From assembly GCA_963514005.1 (NCBI GenBank), contig OY740799.1, positions 11,904,001 to 11,968,000 on the forward strand: 64,000 nt of DNA. Direction: 5' to 3'. A model generated the notes under the pieces. That model did not search any database, was not told where the DNA came from, and saw only the letters and a list, made by a program, of their open reading frames with translations. The position numbers and the translations under genes are program-made. This document shows, one piece after another, positions 38,025-51,419 of this stretch. Numbering within the stretch: position 1 is the first letter of the stretch; each line of letters begins with the position of its first letter. This DNA is from Raja brachyura. Taxonomy: Eukaryota.

Positions 38025-41000
38025 TGGTTACGATTGGGTTCTGTTCCTGAAAACTCATTGTAACCTGAGCAGTTCACAAGTCGGAACCCTGGCCACCCAG
38101 TAATATATTTGAATAAAATCAAAAGGCGACCAATGCTAACCCTTGATGTTTAATTCAACCACTCAGATTTCTCGGCAAGGTGCAATAGTATTGCCATGAA
38201 CCAAGATCCCACATGGCAGAAATGGCTACAACCCTGCATTAACTCTCAAAACCATCCTGCTGGTCTTTCTTTCAAACACACGTTTGTATTGTTACCTGGG
38301 GAGGACCTGTATTAAACCACACCACCCTCCCCATCCCGACCCTTCTTCTCGAAATGGGTCACATGTGCTTCCTAATTCTGTCAAGAGTACGATTGCTACA
38401 CTTCACCATTGAATAAACAGCAAAGTATCTATATGTTTCAGGAATATGCATTAAACTCAATAAAAAAACACAATAAAAGTTGTGCACATGTAAAAATTGG
38501 AGAACCTTTTTCTTTGTATGTGTTCATATGTTTCGGTTCCAGTATGCTTTTGGATTTTAAGTGTGTACAAAACATCCTTTCCCTTCTCTGCCAAATTGAT
38601 CTTCAGCAGCCTGTTTCAGTTCTCCTCCATTGATGATCTCCTCTAGATTATGATTATTGTCATCGAAAGGGTGCAATTAAATTCCTTGTTCACATGAAGC
38701 TCATAGAGTGAACAGTGTACATGAAAGGCACAACAATAAAAACAACAACAGCAGAATGGTGCAAAGGTCGTCAAACAATCTGAAGTAGTGCAAAAATTAG
38801 TGCATCTGAAGTAGTGTAATAACTGGATGGGATAGAGTTAAGACCAATAGTACATGGCAGCACCTCCACGAAGGAATGTGAAAGGGGTGATTGGTTTAAG
38901 AGTGTAATAGCAATAGCTGTTTTGTTCTGTTTTGAAATGTATTTCTTTAGTTTAAAGTTCAAATAATATTTCCTGGTAAAATATAGATGCCTAATTTGGA
39001 AGGGTTTAAATTGTAATTATTCACTAAAATGTGAATATTCCTTTTTTTTGTCTGACATTATCCATTTTATTGTCTGTGTATGTGTGATTTGATTACCTAT
39101 GTGCAACATGCGTGGGTGAGATGATTCCCTGGCTCCACACTGACTCTGTGATATTATTGGATTGCTGGCTATTGCAAACACTGTAAATTGAAGCTATAAA
39201 TGCTGCACAATAATTTATCTTCTCTTAATTTTTTTTTAATGTATTTATCATTTTCATCCAGACAGTTGGATAGTTATGTGTCACTTTATTACAAGGTGAT
39301 TAATGCCTTTATTTCATCGGTACATCCTTTCAAATGTTTTTCATACCAGAATAATTAAATAATTTCATAAAATACCAGACTCTCTGAAATATGATGAACT
39401 ATGTGCTAGTTATTTTTGGCGTAAATGAATGACAGAGGAGCAGTTTACTGACGTACTTATGAGGTGGGGAAAGTAAGAATAGGAATTTTTATTCTTCTAA
39501 ACTGAATCACTGTTCATGGTACCTCACTGTACTATCATTATACTAACATCACTCAATCCTACATGTTAAAGCTTGATTGTCAAGAACCAGCAGCAAATGG
39601 TGCTAATTGAGGAAATAATGGCGTTACTGAACTTCAACTAAATTCTGTTTGGAATTTTGACCCTAGTTCAAGTCACACCCAGCCAATTTCATACAGTTAA
39701 GAGCCACATTTTCTGACACTTTCAACTCCAAAATTAGGTATTAGTTATAAACTTGGGTATTATCTCAATTCAGTGCTGAAAAATCTATGTCTGTAATTTG
39801 ACCATGTCGTTTAATTGTATCAAAAAGAATTAAACCCCTCATTCAATTGATTATGTTTCCTGAAGCATTTCGCTTTCAACAAATTGCTTTGAAATGGGAT
39901 TCTGCATTACCAAGCATTGGGCATTTTATTCACAGCAAGAGGTTGCTGACTCCATTTACAAGACGACAAATTAAGCAGTTCAGTTTTGTCTACGTTAAGA
40001 GAAGAATATTGGAAGACACTGAGAGAGATCCCTACTCTTAATTTGATTGCTGTTAAGGTATGTGAAATGCCCAGAAGAACAATTGAATGGCACCCTCAGA
40101 ATAGACCATTCTCCAAGTTATGTATTGGAATTGAGAGCAGATTATACAATCATACAGGGGGTAAAAATAATCCAAGAGTAGTGCTATCAAATGAGCCAAG
40201 CTGAGCCCTAAGGAACTTCATTATTTTATTTTAACTCTCATCATTCATAAATGATTTCATATCAGTAATACTTTTGTTAAATCTTGATTACTAGTTTTTG
40301 TCAGCTGTTTACTCGTTTATATGCTTCACCCACCAGCACAAGTTAAAACATAAGGAGGATAATTCTGAAACACTGTTTGAATGATCTGTCATATGGGCGA
40401 GTTATGGAAGGTGGAGAAAATTTAACTTTGTATTTGTCCCCATTAGAAAGAGCCAAAGCTGGGTTACAGCTTTGTTTACTATTTTGTTTATTACCCTGTC
40501 ATCAGAGACTTGGTTGAAGGAGTGGATATTTGCTTCTGCCCATGCAGCACAAAACTAATACATTGGAAGTTTAATAAGTGGGCTGCCGAACAACTTGTGC
40601 AAAGAGATGGCTCTAAGACTATCTCTGTGTACAACATTGGTGGAAACCAGCACTTAAACTCTAAATTCACAGCTATTGCCAGAAGTACAATGTTGGTGTA
40701 CCAATTCCAGCATTAGTTGGCTAGTCTTCAGCCAATTTAGTTCACTGCGTGTGATATCAGGCTATGGCTGACTGTGTTGGCTCTGCAAAAGTTTCATCTG
40801 GCTGGAGTGCCTTGGAACCAGTGGTGTCTCCAGCTGAGCTGTTTAGTTACATCTACAATCAAGCATCTACTTGACAATCAAAAAATGTGTTTGGGTATGT
40901 CGTGTCCAAGAAAATGCAATCCATTGTGGATATCGCCAACCCTTCAATCAACTTTTAATAAAATATCGTCAACAAAGGTATCAACTGTCACTTAATAGTA

Positions 41001-41039
41001 CCTGAAACGATGGAAAAAACTGCCAGCCAAGCACCGTCT

Positions 41040-41200
41040 TTGGGGAAGCCAGTTAGTGTTTTGGGTCAGGACCATTCCTCAGGATTTAACTGGTTTCTCA
41101 TTCCACAGGTGTTTCTTGAACAGTTGAGCACTTCCAGCATCTCTGTTGGTGTTTCAAATTCCAGCATCTGCAGTTGTATTTGTTTTTCATTTCTGTGCTA
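41040..41200. mobile_element. Degenerate PLE-derived element
   Basis: gtgttttgggtcaggaccattcctcagga then gttgagcacttccagcatctctg...tttcaaattccagcatctgcagt. Confidence 0.55.
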
Positions 41201-43181
41201 ATTAAAGCCAGTTCAGTTGAGGTTTCATTCATCTCCATGCCCCATTGCAATTGTGGTGCCAATGTGGATGACTGAGATGATTATTTGAGAGAGAGTAATT
41301 ACCCTTGATATCAAAACCATATTGACCATGGTATCAAAGGGCCTCAGTAGAATTGAGGTCTAAAAATCAAGAGGGAATGTGACCAGAATCTGTAATGGAA
41401 AGATAAGAGTCATTGTTGTGGACCAATAGTCTCAGCCCCAGAACATCGTTGTAGAATTTCCTCAGAGTAGTACATAAGGCCAGGCAATGTTTAGCTGGCA
41501 TCATTGACGATCTCCCATCCTTCATGAGGCTATTTGCACCTGGTTGCAATGTTTGGTGCCATTTACTACTCATCAAATATTGATAAAAAATATTTACTTT
41601 TAAGTGAAGAGACGTGGATAATGTTGAATTGAGAGGTGATGTAGGGTTTACAGATTATCCGAATTATTGGGTGTTACACCTAACTCGGTTTTAATTAACT
41701 TTTTTACACGTTGCACAGTGGGCATAATTTTTTCCAATGTACCAGGAGAGTTTAGAAAGAGCATCATGAACAAAATTACTTAGCCAGATGCTAAACCATA
41801 GGGATTTCTAAACCAGGACAGCAGAATTTTGAAGATTTATAGTTGTGCCTTTGGATCTTTTATGTGCACATGAAAGGGAAAATAGGGTTTTAGAGATGAT
41901 ATCTCATGCAAAGAGCAATACCTAACTTTGCAGCACTTAACCCGATGCTGCAGTGTTTGGCCTTGTGGATCCTCAAGTTGTGGAGCTTGCTGACTCACAG
42001 GCAAGACTGTTACCATTGAGCCAACACTGGCACAGTCCTCAAAAAAGTGTAAACATGAGCTTGAGGCTTGGTAAATACGCTTGTCATTAATAGCATTAAG
42101 AATATCCAGAGAGCAAGTTTCTTCTAAGAAATATTCAGTACCATCTAAAATGACAACAGGCAGCATGTTGCTTGCCACAGGAAAGTAAACAGTAAAACGT
42201 GATTGAGAATAGCGTAGGAAAGTTTGAATCAAATTATATCCAATCAGCTGAAAGAGTTAATTACTATTATTGGTTACTGCCATATTTAAGCTTTCCTGGT
42301 GTAAAAGGGCAATTGCTATTGCATTGTGGGATACTTGGCCAAATATCATGGCAAGGTTTTTTTAAGTAAGTTGAATAGTTTAATCAGATAAGAAGGGGCC
42401 AGGGGAGGATTACTAGTGTCATTCAAATGCCTGGCATTTGGCAAACAGTGAAAAACAACTCCATATTTGGAGGTGGCTGGTGTTTCATGGGACATCACCT
42501 CATGCAATTGATACTGAGTCTGGGAGTATATTAACCCCGGTTTTCTGGTATTTCTGTGTGTGTGGCTGGACAACTCAGACGTAACACTGTTGCCTCTGGG
42601 TCTCTAAAACCACATCCATCGGACGTTAAAATTAAAGCTTTGAATGGTCTTAACTGTTGTCTTTGTCTGTTTCCAAGTGAACTTTTTCATAGCCAAATGA
42701 AAGGGAGGCCAAAGAAAATTAAAGACAGTTCCGACTTCAGTGAATTTGACATCTAAGGTCCATAGTGGTAAAACATTCCTGCAGAACGCTTGTACTCTAC
42801 ATATATACCAAGATCCACAGTGTAAGTTGGGTCATGGCCTGTCAACAGCAAGGTAAACATAGATAGAGAATGAGAGTACATTTAAAGAAAACCTCTTCTT
42901 GCCTTATTAAATGTTCAGGGAGTAACAACTATAGATGATAATTCTGGAGGTCACTTCCTTTAGAGTTTTCAGTTTGTATTCTCTTCAGCCTGAGGTGAAT
43001 AGAGCAACAGGAGATAAATACTTTTTTTCTTTCATGTCTGATGCACAGATAAGGAATGGCAAATGTAGAGTAACAATTGATTTCACAGCTTTGTAATTCT
43101 TTGTATGCATTTAACCAGAAACATTTTCCGTGAAGGGAAATAGAGAATGGACTGTGGGCTCTGCTTCCTTGACAAAGGGAA

Positions 43182-43371
43182 GATAGACACAAAAAACTGG
43201 AATAACTCAGCGGGACAGGCAGCATCGCTGGAGACAAGGAAGGGGTGACGTTTCAAGTCGAGACCCTTCTTCAGACCCTGCTTTTTGTTTAAACCAGCAT
43301 CTGCAGTTCCTCCTTACACATTTTGTCTGCTTTTGGTTTAAACCAGCATCTGCAGTTTCTTCTTACATTTC
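43182..43371. mobile_element. PLE-derived insertion with duplicated inverted terminus
   Basis: TSD tgacaaagggaa / tgacaaaaggaa; an approx. 50-bp terminus (gtttaaaccagcatctgcagtt) is present twice. Confidence 0.8.
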
Positions 43372-43399
43372 TGACAAAAGGAACTATTTTTCAAGGTGA

Positions 43400-43867
43400 A
43401 AGTAGACAAAAAATGCTGGAGAAACTCAGCGGGTGAGGCAACATCTATGGAGAAAAGGAGTAGGCGACGTTTCGCGTCAAGACCCTTCTTCCGACTGATG
43501 TTGGTGTGGGTGGGAAAAAGAAAGGAAGAGGCCGAGACAGTAGACTATGTGGGAGAGCTGGGAAGGGGGAGGGGAAGGAGGGAGAAAGCAAGGACTACCT
43601 GAAATTAGAGAAGTCAATGTTCATACCGCTGGGGTGCAAACTACCCAAGTGAAATATGAGGCGTTGTTCCTCCAATGAACGCTGGGCCTCACTCTGGCAA
43701 TCGATGAGGCCCAGGACAGAAAGGTCAGATTCAGAATGAGAGGTGGAGTTGAAGTGCTGGGCAAACGGGAGATCAGGTTGGTTAATACGGACTGAGCGGA
43801 GGTGTTGGGCGCAGCGGTCACCGAGCCTAGTTTCGATTTTTCCAGCAACTGCAGTTCCTTCTTAAAC
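43400..43867 (-). mobile_element. 5'-truncated Penelope-like element with GIY-YIG C-terminus, 3' UTR/pLTR and inverted terminal piece
   Basis: 14-bp TSD atttttcaaggtga (43386-43399, 43868-43881); contains the coding fragment listed next. Confidence 0.9.
43595..43828 (-). pseudogene. PLE GIY-YIG endonuclease C-terminal fragment
   Basis: Manual translation (absent from the ORF track because it has no start codon): RLGDRCAQHLRSVRINQPDLPFAQHFNSTSHSESDLSVLGLIDCQSEAQRSLEEQRLIFHLGSLHPSGMNIDFSNFR*. It shows the R..H, HF...H, E...I..L and P.G.N pattern of PLE GIY-YIG domains. Confidence 0.88.
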
Positions 43868-45269
43868 ATTTTTCAAGGTGACATCAGTTAACAATTCCCA
43901 GTTCATTCATGTGTTTTAATAGTTGACCTGCTGATTGTAAAAACAACTCTGTTCTGTTTCTTAATGTAGTTTATGATGTTAAAATATTGGTTTAGACTTA
44001 ACTGCTACAAACAAAGGTAATAAAGGTGTAGGTTGTTATGCCTGGAGAAATTGAAGTTATGGATGGTATCAGTAAATTCAAGTGAATCTAGATAGTTTAT
44101 TTCAGTGGCTTATGATTAAGGTTTGTAGGAATGTGCAATGGTTTATTTTTGATGCATTAGAAGCAATGGTTTCTGTGGTTATTTATATTACCATTTGTCA
44201 AAAATAATAATGATCATCATACTATTATATGGCAGTACGATGGGTGTGGAATGTACCAAATCCTTGTTTAACAGCAGCAATAAACATGAGAAATTGCATG
44301 CATCAAACATAGGGCTTCTCTGATGACTAATTTGATGTCTGAGTTTTGCATACCAAAGATCTTGTATTTTTCAGATTAACTAGCTAGTTACAGTGGACTT
44401 TCCTCCCATTCGGTAAGCAAGGACCAATTAAATCAAGATTCCTAGGTTCTGATCACTCTACTGACTTTCTGTTGGACATGTTTTTGCAGCGCATGTGATG
44501 CATTCCCGAGCAGCCAAATGTTCAGCTTAGCATTGAAGGGTCACTGTCTCTTGTCACCTTACCCACATTCAAAAGGTCTAAAAGCAAAATGCTACTATAT
44601 GGCAGGAAGCTAGGTATAGGTTGCATCAAAATCCGTGTTTAACAACATTAAATAAGCATGAGATATCGCATGAATTCATCCAGTCTGAATGCAAAATGGT
44701 ATGCAAGATGCTGGAAGGCTGAAGTAAAAAGAGAAGCTGGAAATAGTCTTCAGGTCAGACAGCATCTGTGGAGAGCAAAACCATTGAAAAGCCATCAAGA
44801 TGAAGCAAGAACTGTTTCTCTTTCCACAATGCAATGTGATCAGCTGCCCATTTCCATCCTGGTCTGTTTTATATCAATTTACCGGTCTTGCTCATATTTT
44901 GCTTTTGACCATCTTTGCACATTTCCTTTGTAGCATCTTTATGAAAGAAACTGATGAAATATAATTAGTCCATATGTAGGAGTGTTTTGTAATTAACAAA
45001 GACTAGTTTCTACCTATGATGCGTTTTTACAACATTTCCGAGTCTCTACTTGAAGGAAAAATATATGGGGTGAAAGTCGGGAGACATTGTACATGTTTTG
45101 GTGAAGGTTAAACTTGTGGAACACTGCAGTGGAGTGAAATTTCATTTTTGTTTAAGTAGAAAATGGTCACAAATAAATCCAGTCATGTCTTGAAAGAAAT
45201 AGCAGTGATGACTTACTTATATTTTGCTCTTAACGTTGCAAAATGTTCCAAAGAGCTTTACAGGAACAT

Positions 45270-45492
45270 TATCAAAGGCTGGTGGCCCTGTGCAATTCTC
45301 TACCACATTGGGGTTTGGAGGCCAAGTCACTGAAGAATAGAGAGAGAGATTTCTAGATTCAAACGGTTTCAAAGACAATGAGCAAGTCGTGAGCAAGACT
45401 ACAGAAGCTCAGCCATGATTATATTGAATGGTGGAAGAGGCTTAAGATTCTGAATGGTCTGTTGCTCCTATTTCCTGGTGCTCTATGTTTCT
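45270..45492 (+). mobile_element. Old CR1 3' fragment
   Basis: ctgtgcaattctctaccac...ggaggccaagtcactg...tcagccatgattatattgaatggtgga...ctatgtttcta. Confidence 0.7.
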
Positions 45493-48400
45493 AAGGAAGA
45501 TTTTAAGATACAGCATAAAGTGGAAAATGTGAACAGAAAGTAAGGGGATTTCATAATGTCAGTGTTTGCGCCCATAGCCTTTGGACTTGGTTACCAGAGA
45601 TGGAGGAAATACATTTATGAATTCTCAAAAATTGGGTGTGGAAATACTGGAGAACTTGAGATGACTAGCACAGGCACATTTAAAAGAAAGGTAGGTAATT
45701 GTGAGTGGAAGAAATAATGGGCTATAACAGCTGGGTTTGAAGCCTCCACATGGATGGAACATTGGGTGGTGAAAGACATCTTATTCTCATCCATCAAGAA
45801 TCATTTGATTAAATATCTTTGAGCCCAGCATTGAATGTGGAGTTCAACAGCAGGTACGTACATGGCAGTTATGTATTTCTCAGTTTGGAAAGAGCTGTTC
45901 CCTATAACAAATTCAATACACGTTCTTCAGGAATGTATTCTACGTACTAAAATTCATCAAGAGATGAAAGCATCCACCGTTTCATCTCAAACTTTTCTTT
46001 CCTCTCAAAATACAGGGTTGCATTGGGCTAATTTATAGTCATTCAAAAATCCATTTGCTATGAGAATGGAGGATACTAAGAAGAGACTGAGTTGAATAAC
46101 AACCGAATGAAATTGCATTTGGTGTAAAGCATCAAAGGCAGCTTCACTGATGTGTTGAAGCAGAGACAGTGCTTCAGTTTGAAAGAGATCAGCAAGAGGT
46201 GCAAATTTTCTTCAATTTTTTTTTGTACGATTTTTGTTTACCTCCATTAAACCATTCAAGTCGTATGTCAGAGCAGGTGCTGATACCAATTTCAACTTTA
46301 TCCCGATGTGTGAATGGTGTTATATTGGTTACTGTTTTAAGTTGTGATTAAAGAGCAAGAAAACAATTAGAAAGGGATGCCTGGGAGCTTTCCATACATC
46401 TTTGTTTTGTGAACACGAAAGTCTATAATTACTCAGAGCCCGCTTTGTTGGAAGCTTGAATGCACACTGGCTGTAGCAGATGCAGTAAATCTAATTTACG
46501 GTGTTGAGCATATTTTATTGCAACACATAGATGAGAAACCTCCGAACTTGACCAGTGATTGTAAAGTTGTACATTAGGTTGTTTACAAGCTAGTTAAATA
46601 GGAAAGTGTGACTGGGAATTGTATTTTTCCCTCTGGTGTGTGTCAATAAATTGGGTAGAGAATTGTAGTTCTCTGTAGCAAAATAATATTCTGTGGCAAG
46701 CCATTTTACCATTAGATGCTTATTCTGCGTGTGTAATGTTCAGCCAGTAATGTTGGTGCATGATCGTGGTCTTGATCCAAAAGGCTAATGGCAGTCGCAA
46801 TACTTCTGTTTATTCTGGAATCACTTTGCAACATTGTATTAACTATTTGAAATGCAAGTTCTAGATTTGGTGGTCCTAGACATTCATGTGTGGAGTTGTT
46901 GGGTAATTGGACTAGGATGAGTTTGCGAATGGGCCTGATAATTGTGAAGTTGTATCATCAATCATTTGAAGAGAGGTTCTCATTTACGATCGATTCAATC
47001 CTTTATGTTGCAATTTTGGCATTATAATTGAAGATTGCTTGATTTGGAAATGCAGAAAGAGAATTGAGATCTAAAGTCACTGAAGGCAGAAATAGCTATT
47101 TTGTAGTTAAATTGAAGTGAAATTTGAGTTTAATCTTGACACCCCGTCCTTGCATTATATTGCACACAACAGTGTGTCTATGCCTTGAGATCACCATCTT
47201 TTGTTATGATCTGTCGGGTCTGTACACCCATTATCTTAGTCATTACTAATTAAATGTTTGTATGTTTGATGTGGCTAAATTATTGCATTATTAACAAATG
47301 TGCTGCCATTTGATTGAATCGAGAAAAAAGTAATGTACTGGAATATTTATATCATAAAAAATCCCCCCAAAATCACTATAATTGGTTATTAAGCTGTTTA
47401 AAATATCCCATGTTTTACATCAACAGTTTGCTGTTTTGTCACTGATGATAATTATTTTGATTTTACCCACTAAATACACGTCTAATGTCCTTTTGTGCAG
47501 ATGTGTAAGCACATAACATCCTTGCATGTATGTCATTTGGAATAGTTAGTATATTTAGAGTTGCTTTCATTTAGATGTCACAGCATTGTGCAGCTGCTGA
47601 ATGCAATCTGCCAAGCTCTTCTAAGAGACTATTGGTTTTTTTGTAAAGTAAATTAAACCAGATTCAGAGAGCAATTTTCCTGGGCAAATGTTTCCCTCGT
47701 GGTAAATACGATAAGTAGTCATTCCACACACTCCTCTTGCTCCCTACTCCTGTATGGTGTTAAAATAGACTTGTAAACCAGAACAGGACACATATTAGAA
47801 ATATGTTAATGTGGAGAATTGATGGAGCATGGCATGCCTTGCCACAGGACATGGCTGAGACAACCAGAACTGCATTTTTTTTTAAATTTGGGCATTGGAT
47901 AAATATTTGAAATGTTGGAAAATGCAAGGTTATGGAGAGAAATCAGTCCATTGGAATTGGTTTTGATTTGCTGTAAGAAAGAACTGCTGCAGACACAATG
48001 AGCTGAATCCAACCATGCAATGAACATTTGGTACATCTGTGGTCTCCAGTAACTTGTGCTATCTCAGTACATCAACATTTTGTTGTTCCTCACCTACCAC
48101 ACTCTCTCTCTAATGTAACCTAAATCAATATTGCTAACTGCAACTTCTGCACTTAGTTGATTGCCATATGCTCCGACACGTCAATTTGCGTCTCTTCCCT
48201 ATGAGTATGGATTCACAGTTTCAGTCAAAGATGACTTCAAACATCTGCCCACATTATTGGGAGTTACTTTAAAAATGCTGAAACCAGAGGCCTGGGTGAA
48301 ACATGTGTTGCTTCTGTTGCATGTGCTTGGTGCAGATTGATATGAGGGAATTGATTTTTCCCTCTTTTTGCTTTCAAACTTTGAGAGAAACTTGAAGCAT

Positions 48401-49006
48401 GAAACACTTTTACATTGGTTTGGTCACACTTGAATTGCAATTGAAAGCTTGTTCACCAGCTTTTCCTGGCAGGCATGGAGGTGAGGAGGCAGTGCATCTG
48501 ATTGCGATAGCCCAGCTATGGACCAATTCAACTGGGCCAAATCTTAGGATAAGTCTGTGAGGACACTAAAGAAGATGAATGGCAGCACTCGTTAAAGATT
48601 CACTGTAGCACAGAAATAATGGGTGATTTAAGCAAAATTATTTCAATGTTTATTGAAGTGTCTGCATTCCTTAGAAATATTGCAAAAATCTGAGGATGGT
48701 AATGGCTTGGTGAGCTAGGTTGTGATGTATATAAAAATAATCATATCGGGCAACTGCAGGAATGAGCAGCACATCCATAAAACAGTCAACTATCCTGTGC
48801 TTAGTAGGGACCATTTAAAAGCCCTGGATGTGTTTCTTCATCGCATTCAGTTCATTGGAATTCTGAGACTATATTTCCATTCGCAGCAACTTGAATATTG
48901 TTTAACTTCCATGAGCAGCAGGCATTTGGTCCTTTGGTTGCTTAAGCAATCTGCTCTTTATGTCCTGATCTCCAGTAGTCACTGGACGTGCGATTTGCAC
49001 AGCTTA

Positions 49007-49573
49007 AGGGCCTGTCCCACCAGCATGCAACTCTATGCGATGAACGCGATCAAACTAGAAGCGGGGGCCGCGCGGAGGTCGGGTGATCCCCTGTACAGGG
49101 CCGTTCCCACCAGCATGTGCCAAGCGCAACCAAACCGGCAGTAGGGGCCGCGCGGAGGTCAGGTGAGTGGCGCAACGCGGCGCAAAGTGAGGCGAACTTA
49201 GAGCGAAGTCTAAGGTAAGTTCGCCAGGACAGAGAGGGGCACAGAGGCACACACACACACAAGGCCACGGAGCCACACACATAGAGGGTCATGGAGGCAC
49301 CTACAGATAGGTTCATGGAGGCACGATGTCGGGGCGGTGTGTAAACGTTCTTGGCGACTGCGAGCCGACAAGCTGTTGCCGTGCGGAATTTTTGGACATA
49401 GTCAGTTTTTCGGAGCCCCTGCGCAGTGTCGGGAAGAACTCGGGACGAACTCCACTCAATTCCGCACGGCTCCGGCGATCGAAGTGGGACCGGCCCCGTG
49501 ACGCCGGACGGCTCAAGCGACCACGTTAGGTCGCGCTAATCGCATAGAGTTGCATGCTGGTGGGACAGGCCCT
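49007..49573. mobile_element. PIF/Harbinger-type MITE, GC-rich
   Basis: TTA + agggcctgtcccaccagcatgcaactctatgcgat ... atcgcatagagttgcatgctggtgggacaggccct + TTA (35-bp perfect TIR). Confidence 0.92.
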
Positions 49574-50457
49574 TTACAGCTTTTTGCCCGATTTCCATCT
49601 TTAATGGCTTCATCATTTAATATAAACAAGGAAATTGGCACACAGGAGTCACAGAATCAGAATCTTGGGATAATCTCACTTAAAGATATTCTGAATTTGT
49701 TGGTCGTAATACAAAACAAATTAGCAAATATCGAAAATGTAAGTTGTTCATTATTTGAAAGAGAAAAACAATAACATTTAACGTAGTCTTTCCATCAGTC
49801 TAACAACGGAAACAAATGACTGCCTTTATTCCTTGTCTTAAAACAATGTTATTGATCCACAGTCTGTGAGGAAGTAAGTTCCAAATTCCCACTAGGTTTT
49901 GTATGGATAAGCTGCTTTGCGAGTTTACTCATAAATGAGCTACATTTATTTAATTTTAAGCAGCGCTCCCCGCCACCTCCATCCTTGTGTTGCATTCCCC
50001 AATGATAAGAAGTAATTGTTTGTATTGATTGTGGTAGATTCTTACTTTTTAAATATCTCAATTAGATTTCTCATCAACCTTCTAAACCCATGTATATATG
50101 ACAGGATTATGCAGCCTGCTGTCTAACAATTCCACATAAATTGCAATCTTGCTTACACTTCTGTGACCTTTTAAAACTTTCTGCTCCCGCCTACACAACT
50201 TAATGTAATTTTCAAATATTATATGTCATCAAAGACATTAATGCCTGTTTAAAAAAAGAATCTAGGAATATTTTCTGCCTCACCCATGCTTGCCTCTAAT
50301 CCATTTATTTTTATATCATATTGTTATGATCTTTTATATATTCAATTCTTCTCTTGTCCAGATGTTACTGAAAGCCTTTCGGAACTGCATAGAGATAACA
50401 ATATGGAAACTCCTCAGGCCAATTTTTGAAACCTTTAAAAAAAATTTAAACTGGATT

Positions 50458-50947
50458 AATCAGATGTATATCGTTTTATAATCTTCATTGACTCTCTCTG
50501 AGCTTCAAATGGCCATTGACTATGTCCTGGATAATCCATTCTCATAATCTTACAATAAATAAAACTGAACTGGCTTAACATTACTAGGTTTTGCTTTCAC
50601 TCTATTCCTCAACTACACATTCACAATTAAATAACCCTGTTAAAATTACCAGATTTAGAGAATGTTGGAAAATATAATCAATGCTTCTGCAATTCCCTTT
50701 CCTGTCTAAACCAGATTTATATCTTTTTATAATCTTTATTGACTCTGAGCTTCAAATGGTCATTGACCATGTCCTAGATAATCCATTCTCGTAATCTTAC
50801 AATAACGAAAACTGAACCGGCTTGACATTACCAGGTTTGTCCTTCCCTCTATTCCTCAAATATACATTCACAATTATATAATCATATAAAAATTCCCAGA
50901 TTTAGAGAGCGTTGGAAAATATGTTCAATACATCTGCAATTTTCTTT
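50458..50947. repeat. Tandem duplication of about 245 bp (2 diverged copies)
   Basis: cagatgtatatcgttttataatcttcattgactc...ctgcaatt (50461-50694) is repeated as cagatttatatctttttataatctttattgactc...ctgcaatt (50712-50941). Confidence 0.9.
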
Positions 50948-51419
50948 CATATCTGGTAGCCTGGAGGTAACCTAAAATGGTCATCTGTCTGTACACTTTC
51001 TGATCTTATCTTGTTTTTCTTCTTCATGCTGCACAGTTTCACAATTCCTCCCACCAGCCCGTCTGTAGTCCATAGTTGTTGAGGCCAATTAAACCATTGT
51101 AGCTATTGAGATAGGACTTAAGAGGATACTGGTATTCTCTATACAAGCACTGGCAGGCTATAGTACAAAGAACAGTGCTATCTCATCCCCAAGTCATTTA
51201 AAATGCATTACAGTAATCTTTTATTTTTTTGATCTGCCAGAGAAGTAAAATAATATTGTGTGTGGGTCTGCAGAGACTTAACTCAATGTCTTTTTATAAA
51301 AGGAAAATGATTAGTAGAAAATATTTCCTTTGAAAAGAAAGGAATGGAGAATAAATTCTTGTACGTAAAATTAAATCAAAACTTTCCTTATTTTTAAATG
51401 AAGTTTTGTAACTCTCAAC

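Noticed and set aside
41837-42232. 131-aa minus-strand ORF
   Set aside because: No recognisable domain, non-ATG start, no convincing splice signals; the length is within chance expectation.
44400-44600. Possible ancient Deu/LF-type SINE (also 10560-10840 and 42400-42640)
   Set aside because: Only a vague resemblance; I could not identify boxes or boundaries by eye.
49007-49573. CpG island as LRRC4 promoter
   Set aside because: Bounded by perfect TIRs and a TTA TSD; it is a MITE.
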